Shown here: positions 14,477-27,299 of the stretch, in pieces
How the letters are laid out: every line of letters begins with the position of its first letter
Numbering within the stretch: position 1 is the stretch's first letter
Source of the DNA: Kofleriaceae bacterium
GTDB lineage: Bacteria > Myxococcota_A > Polyangia > Haliangiales > Haliangiaceae
Assembly: GCA_046597055.1 (NCBI GenBank)
Contig: JBKJLC010000229.1
Location: 1 to 60,012 of the forward strand
Direction of reading: 5' to 3'
Length of the DNA: 60,012 nucleotides
Program-made: the position numbers and the translations under genes
Notes under the pieces: model-generated
Seen by the model: only the letters and a program-made list of their open reading frames with translations
Database searches by the model: none
Told to the model about the DNA's origin: nothing

Positions 14477-15448
14477 TCATGGCATCGCGAACAGCGGCAT
14501 CTGCCGCGGCGGCCCCAGCGCGCGCGCCCGCGCGCCGATCGCGCCCGCGATCTCGTCGGCCCACGGGCCGGTCACCGCCACCTCGGTGGCCCCGCTGGCG
14601 GCGACGAACCCGAGCAGCGCCGCGCGATCGGCCGCCGCGCTCCAGGCGATCGGCCGATCGACGCCGAGCGCGCGCACCCGGTCGCGCTCGACCGCCAGCC
14701 CCGAGGCCAGCGCGACCTTCGCCGGTAGCCCGCGCACGGCCGTGGTCACCCGCGCCCGATCGGCGACCGGCCATACCAGCGCGCGGCCGTGCGCGACCGT
14801 GCGGCGCACCGCGACCGCCACGCCGACCTCGGCGACCCGCCGCGCGGCCTCGACCACGCCGCGATGTCCGGCGACGACGATCCCGGCCCCGGCCAGCGCG
14901 GCCGCGACGTCGAGCCCCTTGAGCGGCGAGGTCACCAGGATCACCGGCACCGCGCCCGCCTCGAGCACCTCGCGCGCGAAGGCGATCACCTCGGCCGGGC
15001 CCGCGTCGAACCGGTGGTGATCGGCGCCGTAGGGCGCCGCCACCACCAGCGTGTCACACGGCCGCAGCTCGGCGGCCCCGCCCAGCCCGCGTCCGGTCGG
15101 GGCGACCGCGCCGGCGTAGAGCACCCGGTGGCCGCTGGCGTCGACCGCGAGCGCGGCCGCGCCGACCGCGTAGCCGCTCGGCAGGAGCTCGAGGCGCACG
15201 GTGCCGAGGGTGAACGGCCGCCGCAGCGGCGCCGCCAGGTGCGAGTCGGCGCGCGCCCCGAGCAGCGCGAGCGTCTCGGTGGTCGCGATCAGCTGGCCAT
15301 GGCCGGCTCGGCCGGTCCGATCGGCCGACGACACGAAGCACACCGCGCGGGCGCGCCGCGCGTCGCACCACACCGACGTGCCGAGCACGTGGAGGCCGTC
15401 GCGCCAGCTCACGCCGACGGACGTCAGCACGCGGGCCCGACGCTTCAT
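14477..15448 (-). CDS. Degenerate MBL/beta-CASP nuclease-like protein, apparently lacking metal ligands, with C-terminal QMPLF
   Basis: Motif order matches ligase-associated/SNM1-like exonucleases (FVS.., LIATTET, ELLPSG..G, VLYAG, CDTLVV..YG, S..AD), but the His/Asp/Glu ligand positions are substituted. Confidence 0.7.
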   Translation of the reverse strand: MKRRARVLTSVGVSWRDGLHVLGTSVWCDARRARAVCFVSSADRTGRAGHGQLIATTETLALLGARADSHLAAPLRRPFTLGTVRLELLPSGYAVGAAALAVDASGHRVLYAGAVAPTGRGLGGAAELRPCDTLVVAAPYGADHHRFDAGPAEVIAFAREVLEAGAVPVILVTSPLKGLDVAAALAGAGIVVAGHRGVVEAARRVAEVGVAVAVRRTVAHGRALVWPVADRARVTTAVRGLPAKVALASGLAVERDRVRALGVDRPIAWSAAADRAALLGFVAASGATEVAVTGPWADEIAGAIGARARALGPPRQMPLFAMP

Positions 15449-15621
15449 CGCCGCACACTGCCACGCACCGCCGATCCCCGCAATCCGCCGGCCGGCCGGC
15501 TGGCCGCGGAGGCGCCGCGGCCATGATGCTGCATGACCGGCCGGCTCGTTCGCGCGGAGGCGTGGCCCCCGAAGCACCCCGCGCCGCCCGCCCGAGCCGG
15601 TCTGCCGTCGCGCGGCGACCC

Positions 15622-16254
15622 TCAGGCCAGGACGTCTTCGGGCAGACTGCCGGTCAAGAACGCCTGCTCGAGCGCGTCGACGGCGGCGACCACCTCCGCC
15701 AGCTCGGCGTGGGGCATCTGGAACACGATGCCCATGCCGGGGGTGTCTTCGTCCTCGGGCACGACCGTGTGGGTGACGACGCCGGTCACCGACAGCGGCT
15801 GGGCGCGACCGGGCACCCGGATCAGCAGGTGGACCTCGGCGTCCTCGGGCAGCGGCGCGTCCGACACGACGAACACACCCTGCTCGTTGATGTCGCGGGT
15901 GTGGCTCTCGCACGGCCCTTCGAGGCCGCCGTAGGTCACGGGCAGGCGGACCGGCAGGCGGCGGTTCGCGCGCAGGTTCAACAGCCCGCCGCGGACGAAG
16001 CCGTTGAGGTAGTTGACCTTCTCGCGCTCGCTGGTCCCGAGCGCGACCATGCAGCCGTGCGGCTGCGCCGCGCGGTGGCCGATCACCTGGCCGCGCAGGA
16101 TCACCCGGGGACCCTCGTCGCCGCAGGTGAGATCGACGCGGAGATCGACGCCGACCGGGGGCGGATCCTCTCCGGCGACGAAGACGGTCCCGTCGCGCGG
16201 GTCGAAGACCTTGATCCAGTCCGCGGTGCTGGCGAGTCGGAGATCGATGCGCAC
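15622..16254 (-). CDS. PilZ-domain protein (degenerate N-terminal PilZ-like domain plus C-terminal PilZ)
   Basis: RANRR (RxxxR) and DINEQG (D/NxxxxG), GMGIVF. Alternative start at 16281. Confidence 0.82.
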   Translation of the reverse strand: MRIDLRLASTADWIKVFDPRDGTVFVAGEDPPPVGVDLRVDLTCGDEGPRVILRGQVIGHRAAQPHGCMVALGTSEREKVNYLNGFVRGGLLNLRANRRLPVRLPVTYGGLEGPCESHTRDINEQGVFVVSDAPLPEDAEVHLLIRVPGRAQPLSVTGVVTHTVVPEDEDTPGMGIVFQMPHAELAEVVAAVDALEQAFLTGSLPEDVLA

Positions 16255-16729
16255 GGACCCTCGGCACGCATGGTAGCCCATGCGGGCGGGCTCTGTCCGC
16301 TCGCCGGCCGCCTAGCCTGATGCCGAACGGACAGGCGCAAGCGTTCGGGTCGAGCAGTTCCGTGGGTCCGGCGCGACGCCGAAGCGGCGCCCGTCTGCCG
16401 GCTGCTACTTGCCCACATGATCCCGCACATTGTCAGGTCGACCCGAAGGCGCAGCGCGGAGCCCAGGCGACTCGCGAGCCCGCTCGGCTTCCGAGGCCCG
16501 AGCCACCGAGTCCCGAGTGCCGATCGTCGAGGGGGCTGGGCGCGGCTTGGCTCGTCGCGGTGTCGCCGCGGCCGAGCCGGGCGCGCGGCGGTGGGGCCCG
16601 CCGCGTCTTCTCGGTGGTCGGGCGCACGGCGCTCTGGCGCTCGGCGCTCGGAAGACGTGACGCGCCGCCGAGGGCGCCGCCGAGGTGGCGGGTGCGTGGC
16701 GTCGCGGTGCGAACCGAGCACTCGCCAAG

Positions 16730-17060
16730 AAGCCCTGACTCAACTCGTCATTCGATCGGAGCGCTGCCCCTCACCAGACGGCCAGCCCGCCGCGGAGCGC
16801 GGCGACCACGCTGGACGTCCGCCGTCGGCCTTCGGGATCCAGCACCAATTCCGAGCTCTGCCCTTCGACACGGCGGCTGCGGCGCCCGCTCAGGGCCACC
16901 GGGGTGAGCGCTTCCGATCACATGAAGACTTGTGATCAACCCCGAGGGCAGAGGGCAGCCGGTCGAAGATCACGTGCGGCACCTCGCCGGTCTGCCGTCT
17001 GCCGTTCGACACGGCGCTTCGGCCGGCTCGGGCCACCGGCAAGGGGAGCGCTTCGATCGC
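16730..17060. repeat. Cluster of degenerate palindromic REP/MITE-like repeats, copy B
   Basis: CCCTTCGACACGGCG...GCTCAGGGCCACCGG plus a degenerate second copy, GTCGAAGATCACGTGC, GTGATCAACCCCGAG, GGATCCAGCACCAATTCC. 16732-16775 is an inverted copy of the tail motif. Confidence 0.75.
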
Positions 17061-17165
17061 AGCGCGGAGGAGGACCGAACCTTACGGGCGAGGCCGGCGG
17101 GCAGACACCCGGTGTCCGCCCTGACCGATCCGGAGCAGCGCAGGGGCCCGCACCGCGCGGCTCGG

Positions 17166-18062
17166 TCAGCGCAGCTGGAAGCGCAGCGTGCCGCGCGTGC
17201 CGGCGCGATCGACGTCGATCGCGAGCTGCTTGGCCGAGCCGAGCCGCGCGTACGCGGCCGCGGCGTCGTCGATGCCGCGCATTGGTTTGCCGTCGATCGC
17301 GGTCGCGACGTCGCCCGGGCGCAGGCCGAGGGTCCAGAAGTACGAGCCGCTGGCGATCTTGCCGAGTCGCACGCCGCGCTCGACGCGGGTGAAGCCGACC
17401 TCGCTGCCGAGCCGGGCGAAGTCGGCGAGGGCGGCCTCGAGCTCGCGGCGCTGGATCGACAGCGGCTCCTTGCGGATCGCCAGATCGCCGGGTGAGCCTG
17501 GCGCCGCGGTCGGGGCGATCGGCTTGGCCGCGGCCGGTGCCGGCACCACCGTGGGCGCGCGGTCCGCGTACGGATCGACGACCGCGGTGTCTTGCATGCT
17601 CGCGCGCTGCTCGGGCGGCGCCAGCACCTCGCGCACGGCGGCCAGCCCGTACGGATCGAGCAGATCGAGATACGGATCGAGGAGCGGCGTGCTGCGCGGC
17701 TCGCCCGCGCGCGTCGAGGCGACCGCGGGTGCCGCGGGCTGGGGCGCATCGGGATCGACCACCAGGATCACTTCGCGTCCGTCGCGGCCGAGCACGACCT
17801 GGTCGTCGTCGATCTCGACCACGTCGAAGGCGCCCAGGCGCTCGCCCTCGCTGACCAGGACATGGGCGCCCCGATCGCGGTCGAAGACCAGGGCCTGTCG
17901 AGTCTCCGGCAGCAGCTTCACCACGCGGAACGGCACCTTCCCGATGCGGGCGCGTGCCGCTTTCCCCTTGGATCCCGAGGGCCTGGGTGCGTCGGCCGAC
18001 GCCGCACCCGCCGTCACGGCCAGGCCGAGCACGAGCGACGCAAGCGTTCGACGCAACAGCAT
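17166..18062 (-). CDS. Secreted GspC-like protein with C-terminal PDZ domain
   Basis: Signal peptide; HR-like beta region (EGERLGAFDVVEIDDDQVVL); PDZ-like GVRLGKIASGS...LGLRPGDV.AIDG. Confidence 0.7.
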   Translation of the reverse strand: MLLRRTLASLVLGLAVTAGAASADAPRPSGSKGKAARARIGKVPFRVVKLLPETRQALVFDRDRGAHVLVSEGERLGAFDVVEIDDDQVVLGRDGREVILVVDPDAPQPAAPAVASTRAGEPRSTPLLDPYLDLLDPYGLAAVREVLAPPEQRASMQDTAVVDPYADRAPTVVPAPAAAKPIAPTAAPGSPGDLAIRKEPLSIQRRELEAALADFARLGSEVGFTRVERGVRLGKIASGSYFWTLGLRPGDVATAIDGKPMRGIDDAAAAYARLGSAKQLAIDVDRAGTRGTLRFQLR

Positions 18063-18073
18063 GGTCCCCGATT

Positions 18074-18090
18074 ATGCAAGCGACATTCCC
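18074..18090 (-). promoter_or_regulatory. Candidate sigma54 -24/-12 promoter
   Basis: Minus strand GGAATGTCGCTTGCAT has exact GG-N10-GC spacing, about 12 nt upstream of ATG 18062. Confidence 0.4.
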
Positions 18091-18298
18091 CGCTCGCAAA
18101 GCCATCTTTTCGGAACGCTACGCGGTGCCGGGAGCGGTCGGCGTGACCGCGCCTTCACACCGTGAGCCCACCCGGCGCCGGTCCGCCCGCGCGGACCCGC
18201 GCGCATCAGCGACCGACCCGGGTAAGTCGCCAGCTGCTCCAGCTCACATCCGAGCGCGACTGGGGGCCCGACCAGGCCTGCCCCTCACCGACCGTCAG

Positions 18299-19156
<858 letters not shown>

Positions 19157-19273
19157 TATGTTTTCCCGTGCTTTCGCTCTCGGCACGAGCCTACGGGATC
19201 AGGTGCGTGGTTGCAACGTGCGGCCGGCGCGTGCTACCTCGACGCGAGCGTCGCTTCCGGCGTCGTGCGCGCC

Positions 19274-20038
19274 ATGACCACCGGCATCACCGGCAACACG
19301 CTGCCGCGCCACGTCGGCATCATCATGGATGGCAACGGCCGCTGGGCTCAGGAGCGGGGGCTGCCCCGCATCGAGGGCCACCGGATCGGCGCCGAGAGCG
19401 TGCGGGACGTGACCCGGGCCGCCCGCGAGCTCGGGCTCGAGGCGCTCACGCTCTACGCGTTCTCGTCGCAGAACTGGGCACGACCCGCCGACGAGGTCCG
19501 GGCCCTCATGGGCCTCCTGCGCGACTACCTCCACGACGAGCGTCCCGAGATCATGGAGAACGGGATCCGCCTGCACGCGATCGGCGATCTCGAGCGCCTG
19601 CCGGCCATGGTCCGCGAGCCGCTCGACGCGCTCGCCCGCGACTCGGCCCACCACCAGGGCATGACCCTGACGCTGGCGCTCTCCTACGGCGGCCGCGAGT
19701 CGTTGGCCCGGGCCGCCCAGGCGCTGGCGCGCGACGTGGTCGCCGGCAAGATCGCGCTGGCGGAGATCGACGTCGATCATCTCGGCCGCTACCTGCCGAC
19801 CGCCAAGCTGCCGCCGCTCGACGTGCTGGTCCGCACCAGCGGCGAGCAGCGGATCTCCAACTTCATGTTGTGGGAGCTCGCGTACGCCGAGCTGGTCTTC
19901 GTCGACGTGATGTGGCCCGACTTCCGCCGCGCCGAGCTGCAGGCCTGCCTCGATCAGTATGCGGGCCGCGAGCGCCGCTTCGGGCTGACCTCGGCCCAGG
20001 TCGCTCCCGGCGACAGCGACGTCGAGACCCAGGCCTGA
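19274..20038 (+). CDS. uppS: Undecaprenyl diphosphate synthase (isoprenyl transferase)
   Basis: PRHVGIIMDGNGRWA, YAFSSQNWARP, LSYGGR, RTSGEQRISNFMLWELAY, RERRFG. Confidence 0.96.
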   Translation: MTTGITGNTLPRHVGIIMDGNGRWAQERGLPRIEGHRIGAESVRDVTRAARELGLEALTLYAFSSQNWARPADEVRALMGLLRDYLHDERPEIMENGIRLHAIGDLERLPAMVREPLDALARDSAHHQGMTLTLALSYGGRESLARAAQALARDVVAGKIALAEIDVDHLGRYLPTAKLPPLDVLVRTSGEQRISNFMLWELAYAELVFVDVMWPDFRRAELQACLDQYAGRERRFGLTSAQVAPGDSDVETQA

Positions 20039-20122
20039 CGCCGCGAGCCAGGAGGCTCGCCGCCGGGGCTTGCCGTCGGCCGGCCTTGACGCGCCCGACG
20101 GCGCACGGTTAGCTGCGCCCCC

Positions 20123-20989
20123 GTGGCACTCGGCAACCTTGCATCTCGCGCGCTGGTCGCGGTCGTCGCCGTTCCGGTGCTGCTGCTGGCCTTCTACCAG
20201 CAATCGCCGGTGTGGACCTGGCTCATCGTCCTGCCCGCCTCGCTGCTCGCGATGTGGGAGCTGTTCGCGATGACGCTACCCGACCGCCGCGACCGCATCG
20301 CGAGCCTGGTGTTCGGCGCGCTCACCGTCATCGCCTGGTACTGGATGCACCCGGCGTCGCTGACGACGGACGCGGCCTGGGCGCGGCCGCTCGCCGACGG
20401 CCGCCACATGGTCCTCGTGCTGGCGGTGCTCGGCCCGACGCTCTACTACCTGTTCCGCTACGGCGACGTGGCGACCGTCGCCCAGCGCATGGCGTACACG
20501 ATCTTCGGGATCGTCTACGTCGGCGTGCTGTTCACGCACATGGCCGAGATCAAGCGCGACTTCGGGCCGCATGGCGGCGACATGGTCGTCTTCGTGCTCG
20601 CCGCGGTGTGGCTCGGCGACACCGGCGCCTACTTCGCGGGCAAGGCGTTCGGCAAGCACAAGCTCTACCCGGCGGTGTCGCCCAAGAAGACGTGGGAGGG
20701 CGCGGCCGGCGGTCTGGCCGGCTCGCTGGTCGGCGGCATCCTGATCAAGGTGCTCCGGCTCGACGACATGACCTGGGTCGACGTCGTGCTCCTGACCCTC
20801 CCCGGCGCCGCGCTCGCGCAGATGGGCGACCTGGTCGAGTCGCTGGTGAAGCGGTCGACCGGCGTGAAGGACTCGGGCTCGATCCTGCCCGGCCACGGCG
20901 GCATGCTCGACCGCTTCGACGCCGTGCTGTTCTTCGCGCCCTGGGTCTACGTCTACGTGCAGCTGAAGGCCGTCTTCTCGGCGCTCTGA
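20123..20989 (+). CDS. cdsA: Phosphatidate cytidylyltransferase
   Basis: DTGAYFAG, SPKKTWEG, GDLVESLVKR..GVKDSG.ILPGHGGMLDRFD; follows uppS. Confidence 0.96.
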   Translation: MALGNLASRALVAVVAVPVLLLAFYQQSPVWTWLIVLPASLLAMWELFAMTLPDRRDRIASLVFGALTVIAWYWMHPASLTTDAAWARPLADGRHMVLVLAVLGPTLYYLFRYGDVATVAQRMAYTIFGIVYVGVLFTHMAEIKRDFGPHGGDMVVFVLAAVWLGDTGAYFAGKAFGKHKLYPAVSPKKTWEGAAGGLAGSLVGGILIKVLRLDDMTWVDVVLLTLPGAALAQMGDLVESLVKRSTGVKDSGSILPGHGGMLDRFDAVLFFAPWVYVYVQLKAVFSAL

Positions 20990-21009
20990 TCCGCCTCGCT
21001 TCGCTCAAC

Positions 21010-21933
21010 TCAGGCGGCGAGCTGCGCCAGGTACACCCGCGCGCGGCCGGCCCACTCGCTGGCGGTGTCGAGCTCGAGGTAGCGCTCGAGGTGCCGGCGC
21101 GCCTGCGAGGCGCCGCCGACCCGGGCCAGGGCCAGGCCGAGGTTATAGTGCGCGTCGGCGAAGTCGGGGGCGAGCTGGCAGACCCGGCGCAGCTCGGCGA
21201 TCGCGAGGTCGGTCTCGCCGAGATCCTCGAGCAGGTTGCCGAGGTTGTAGCGAGCCTCGGCCTGCGCCGGATCGTGGTCGAGCGCGCGCTCGTACAGGCG
21301 GCGGGCCTCGACGTGGTCGCCGGCGCGGTAGCGCAGGTTGCCGAGGTTGGTCATCGCGGCGGCCAGCGCGCCGTCGACCTCGAGCGCGCGTCGGTACAGC
21401 GACTCGGCGACGGTGTGCTCGCCGCGGTCCTCGGCGGCGCACGCCTCCATGAAGCAGGTGTACGCGGTCGGGCCCAGGTTGGCCTCGGTCGGGTCGTCGT
21501 CGACCGCGACCGCGACGATCGCGGTGGGCCCGGTGGCCTTGGCCCCGGCCAGCTCGGCGAGCTGCCCGCCCAGCGCGGGCAGGTTGAACGCCATCACGAC
21601 CTGACCGGTGGCCGGCACGAACGCGACATCGTCCTCGATCGCGACGATGGTCTCGCCGTCGGAGCACACCCGCAGGCGCAGGGTCGGGTGGGCGTCGCTC
21701 GGCAGCGCCTTGCGGAGGGCCTCGAGGTTCTTGCGCACCGCCTGCGGCGTGAGCCCGGCGGCGAGCAGGTCCTTGGCGGCCTTCACCGCGCACAGATCGC
21801 GGAACGTGTAGAAGAACCGGCCGCCCTTGCGGACGGTCGGGCCCACGAAGCCGGTCTGCATCCAGTAACGCAGGCGGGACTCCTGCAGCGCGAACAGGCG
21901 AGCGACGTCTCGGATGCTGTAAAGCTCGGTCAC
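21010..21933 (-). CDS. MerR-like HTH plus tetratricopeptide-repeat protein
   Basis: YSIRDVARLF...RLRYW...YTFRDL; TPRs (NLGNL, YNLG, ADAHYNLG). Confidence 0.85.
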   Translation of the reverse strand: MTELYSIRDVARLFALQESRLRYWMQTGFVGPTVRKGGRFFYTFRDLCAVKAAKDLLAAGLTPQAVRKNLEALRKALPSDAHPTLRLRVCSDGETIVAIEDDVAFVPATGQVVMAFNLPALGGQLAELAGAKATGPTAIVAVAVDDDPTEANLGPTAYTCFMEACAAEDRGEHTVAESLYRRALEVDGALAAAMTNLGNLRYRAGDHVEARRLYERALDHDPAQAEARYNLGNLLEDLGETDLAIAELRRVCQLAPDFADAHYNLGLALARVGGASQARRHLERYLELDTASEWAGRARVYLAQLAA

Positions 21934-22472
21934 GACTTCCTCCGGAGGCTGGCCTCGACGTTGAGGGCGAACAACACGCTCGCGCCCTTGGCGCGGACCT
22001 CGAGATCGATCTCGGGCTGGATCAGGGTGCCGCCGGCGAGCCGGCTCGCCTCGGCGAACGCCATCGCCCGGGCGCGGTGGCGGACCCGGGAATCGGCGGG
22101 CGCCAGCTCGGCGAACCGGCGCGCGGTCGAGGCGTCGGGGTGGTCCGACAGGCGCGGCGTCAGCGCCTCGAGGTCGACCGTGATGAGCGACGAGCCGGCG
22201 TAGGCGTCGCCGTCCAGGTGGCCCTCGGACACCACCTTCATCGCCTCGAACACCAGCTCGAGCGCGGTCGGCGACAGGCCGAGGTCGACCCGGCGCTGGA
22301 AGACCGTGAGCCGGCGGGTCAGCGCCATCGGCTTGCGGAGCGACGCGGCCGCCGAGAGCGGCGGTGCGGGCACCGGTGCGGGCGCCGGGGGTGGCGGTGG
22401 ACCCGCGGGCGCGCCCCGGACGAGGTCCGAGGCGTTGCGGCGCGAGAGCCGCGCGCGGGTCGTGACGGCCAT
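21930..22472 (-). CDS. Hypothetical protein translationally coupled to the HTH-TPR gene
   Basis: MAVTTRARLSRR, Pro-rich linker, globular C-terminal region; GTGA overlap. Confidence 0.7.
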   Translation of the reverse strand: MAVTTRARLSRRNASDLVRGAPAGPPPPPAPAPVPAPPLSAAASLRKPMALTRRLTVFQRRVDLGLSPTALELVFEAMKVVSEGHLDGDAYAGSSLITVDLEALTPRLSDHPDASTARRFAELAPADSRVRHRARAMAFAEASRLAGGTLIQPEIDLEVRAKGASVLFALNVEASLRRKS

Positions 22473-22583
22473 GTTCGGCACGCTACACACGCCGGCGCAC
22501 CGTGGCCACTTTTCTCTACATGTAGGATATCGGCCGCGCAAGCGACAGGCCGGACCCAACCATGTTACCTCCAGGGAGCCACG

Positions 22584-24104
<1,521 letters not shown>

Positions 24105-24142
24105 CCGCGGCAGCCGACCGGCTCACCGCGGCGCACCGTCGC

Positions 24143-24892
24143 TCACTCGAAGATGCTGCCGAGCTGCCGGGCCGACGTGCCTTCCTTCTCCTGACGGAGC
24201 AGGAAGTAGGCGATCGCCGGGAGCACGGCGGCGTAAGGCGCGACCAGCACCATCCGCCCGAGCTCGGCAAACAGATACGGCGTCCACTGGCTCGCCGACG
24301 CGGTCGCCGGATCGCCCAGCATCGCCCGCTGGAGCCCGAAGGTGGTGACTGCGATCGGAATGCCCGACAGCATGGACAGGCCCACGAGACCCCATCGATT
24401 ACCCTTGGTGAGCTCGCGGCTGCGACGCAGCGCCCCCACGAGGCCGGGCCGCTCGACGACCGACGCCGGGATTGCCACGAACAGCATGTACATCACGATC
24501 AGCCCAGGGACGAACAGCGCCAGCATGCCGACCCCGATCGCCAGCCACATCAGCACGCTGACGCCCAGGATCGGGAGCGCGCGGCGGACGCCGACGCCGA
24601 GGCTGGACGCCAGGCTGGCGCGCTCACCGCGAAGATCCATGACCACCCCGTAGGTCACGGTGCCGGTCAGCAGGGAGTTGATCAAGAAGACGCCCAGGGG
24701 GAGCAGCAGCGACAGCCGGCTGAGCTCCGCGGCCTCGGGCGCGCCCCGGGTCGCGACGATCACCCAGCCCAGCAGCGGCAGGTAGAGGATCGCGGTGAGG
24801 ACGGTGAACGGGATGAGGTTGCGGAACCAGGCGACGAAGCTCAACCGCAACGCCGTGCCGATCGAGAAGTCAGGACCAGGAGACTGGAACAT
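24143..24892 (-). CDS. Integral membrane protein
   Basis: Several TM helices; PASVVER...ALRRSRELTKGNRW; YFLLRQEKEG. Confidence 0.8.
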   Translation of the reverse strand: MFQSPGPDFSIGTALRLSFVAWFRNLIPFTVLTAILYLPLLGWVIVATRGAPEAAELSRLSLLLPLGVFLINSLLTGTVTYGVVMDLRGERASLASSLGVGVRRALPILGVSVLMWLAIGVGMLALFVPGLIVMYMLFVAIPASVVERPGLVGALRRSRELTKGNRWGLVGLSMLSGIPIAVTTFGLQRAMLGDPATASASQWTPYLFAELGRMVLVAPYAAVLPAIAYFLLRQEKEGTSARQLGSIFE

Positions 24893-25027
24893 GCCGACAC
24901 TGTCGGCGGGCGCGCGCGCGGGTTGCGTGCGGACCCGGGAAAATAGCGGCAGCGCCGCCCGCGGCCGCCGAGGCCCCGGCGCGGGGCGCCGACCGGCACC
25001 GATCCGCGCAGCTGCTACAGTCCGGCC

Positions 25028-25984
<957 letters not shown>

Positions 25985-26081
25985 CGGTCGGTGCCCGCGG
26001 CGCGGCGCGTCAGCCCCGCCGCGCCCGCGCGCCTCCGCCGCCACGCTTGCGCGGCCTCGCGCCGGGGCCGATAGTCCGCCG

Positions 26082-27227
26082 ATGCCGCCCGAGCTGTCCC
26101 TCGACTTCATCGAGACGCTGCCCAAGACCGATCTCCACTGCCACCTCGATGGCTCGCTGCGCCTCGACACCGTGCTCGACCTGGCGCGCAAGCAGAACGT
26201 CGCGCTGCCGACCTTCGACCGCGACGAGCTGTTCAAGCTGCTCTACGCCGGCGATCAGTGCGAATCGCTCGACGATTACCTGCGCGCCTTCGACCTCACG
26301 CTGTCGGTCATGCAGACCGAGGACGCGCTCGAGCGCACCGCGTACGAGCTGGCCGAGGACGCCTGGAAGGAGAACGTCCGCTACCTCGAGGTGCGCTACT
26401 CGCCGCTGCTCCACGTCCGCGCCGGCCTGCGTCCGGCCGCGGTGGTCGAGGCAGTGCTGCGGGGGTTGCGCGCGGCCAAGCGCCAGCTCGGCATCCGCTA
26501 CGGCGTGATCCTGTGCGCGATCCGCTCGCAGTCCGCCGAACAGAGCCTGCGCATCGCCGAGCTGTGCGTCGCATTCAAGAACCGCGGCGTGGTCGGCTTC
26601 GACGTCGCCGGCTCCGAGGTCGGCAACCCGGCCAAGCTGCACCGGCAGGCGTTCCAGCTGGTGATCGACAACAACATCTCGTGCACCGCCCATGCCGGCG
26701 AGTCGTTCGGGCCCGACTCGGTGCACCAGGCGCTGCACAAGTGCGGCGCCCACCGCATCGGCCACGGCACCCGCCTGGTCGAGAACGGCGACCTGCTGAA
26801 CTACGTCAACGACCACCGCATCCCGCTCGAGGTGTGCCCGTCGTCGAACCTCCAGACCAGGGCGGCGACCAGCTGGGAGAACCACCCGGTCGACTTCTAC
26901 GTCGACTACGGCCTGCGGGTGACGATCAACACCGACAACCGCCTGCTCACCGACACCACGGTCTCCAAGGAGCTGTGGCTGTGCCACAAGCACTACGGAT
27001 GGCCGCTGTCGACGCTGAAGGAGATCATCATCGCGGGCTTCAAGAGCGCGTTCATGCCATACCGCGAGAAGGCCGACCTCCTGGCCGAAATCTCCGCCGA
27101 GCTCGCGCTGGTGCACGCGCCCGGGCTGCCGGCCGAGCCGGCCGTGCCGGCCGCCGGCAACGGCAAGTCGGCCGAGAGACCGTCAGTGCCAGTGGTCGAG
27201 CCAATGCCGACGCGTGTCACGCAATAA
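26082..27227 (+). CDS. add: Adenosine deaminase
   Basis: LPKTDLHCHLDGS, YLEVRYSP, HAGE, RIGHG, EVCPSSN, NTDN. Confidence 0.95.
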   Translation: MPPELSLDFIETLPKTDLHCHLDGSLRLDTVLDLARKQNVALPTFDRDELFKLLYAGDQCESLDDYLRAFDLTLSVMQTEDALERTAYELAEDAWKENVRYLEVRYSPLLHVRAGLRPAAVVEAVLRGLRAAKRQLGIRYGVILCAIRSQSAEQSLRIAELCVAFKNRGVVGFDVAGSEVGNPAKLHRQAFQLVIDNNISCTAHAGESFGPDSVHQALHKCGAHRIGHGTRLVENGDLLNYVNDHRIPLEVCPSSNLQTRAATSWENHPVDFYVDYGLRVTINTDNRLLTDTTVSKELWLCHKHYGWPLSTLKEIIIAGFKSAFMPYREKADLLAEISAELALVHAPGLPAEPAVPAAGNGKSAERPSVPVVEPMPTRVTQ

Positions 27228-27299
27228 CATCGTCTTCCAACAGGCGTGGTTAGCCCGGCGCGATTGCGACCGCGGTGCGCCCGGTCCTAGGCTCGCCCC

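Noticed and set aside
19205..19230. Possible sigma54 promoter for pspA (GGCCGCACGTTGCA on the minus strand)
   Set aside because: GG-to-GC spacing is 9 nt rather than the required 10.
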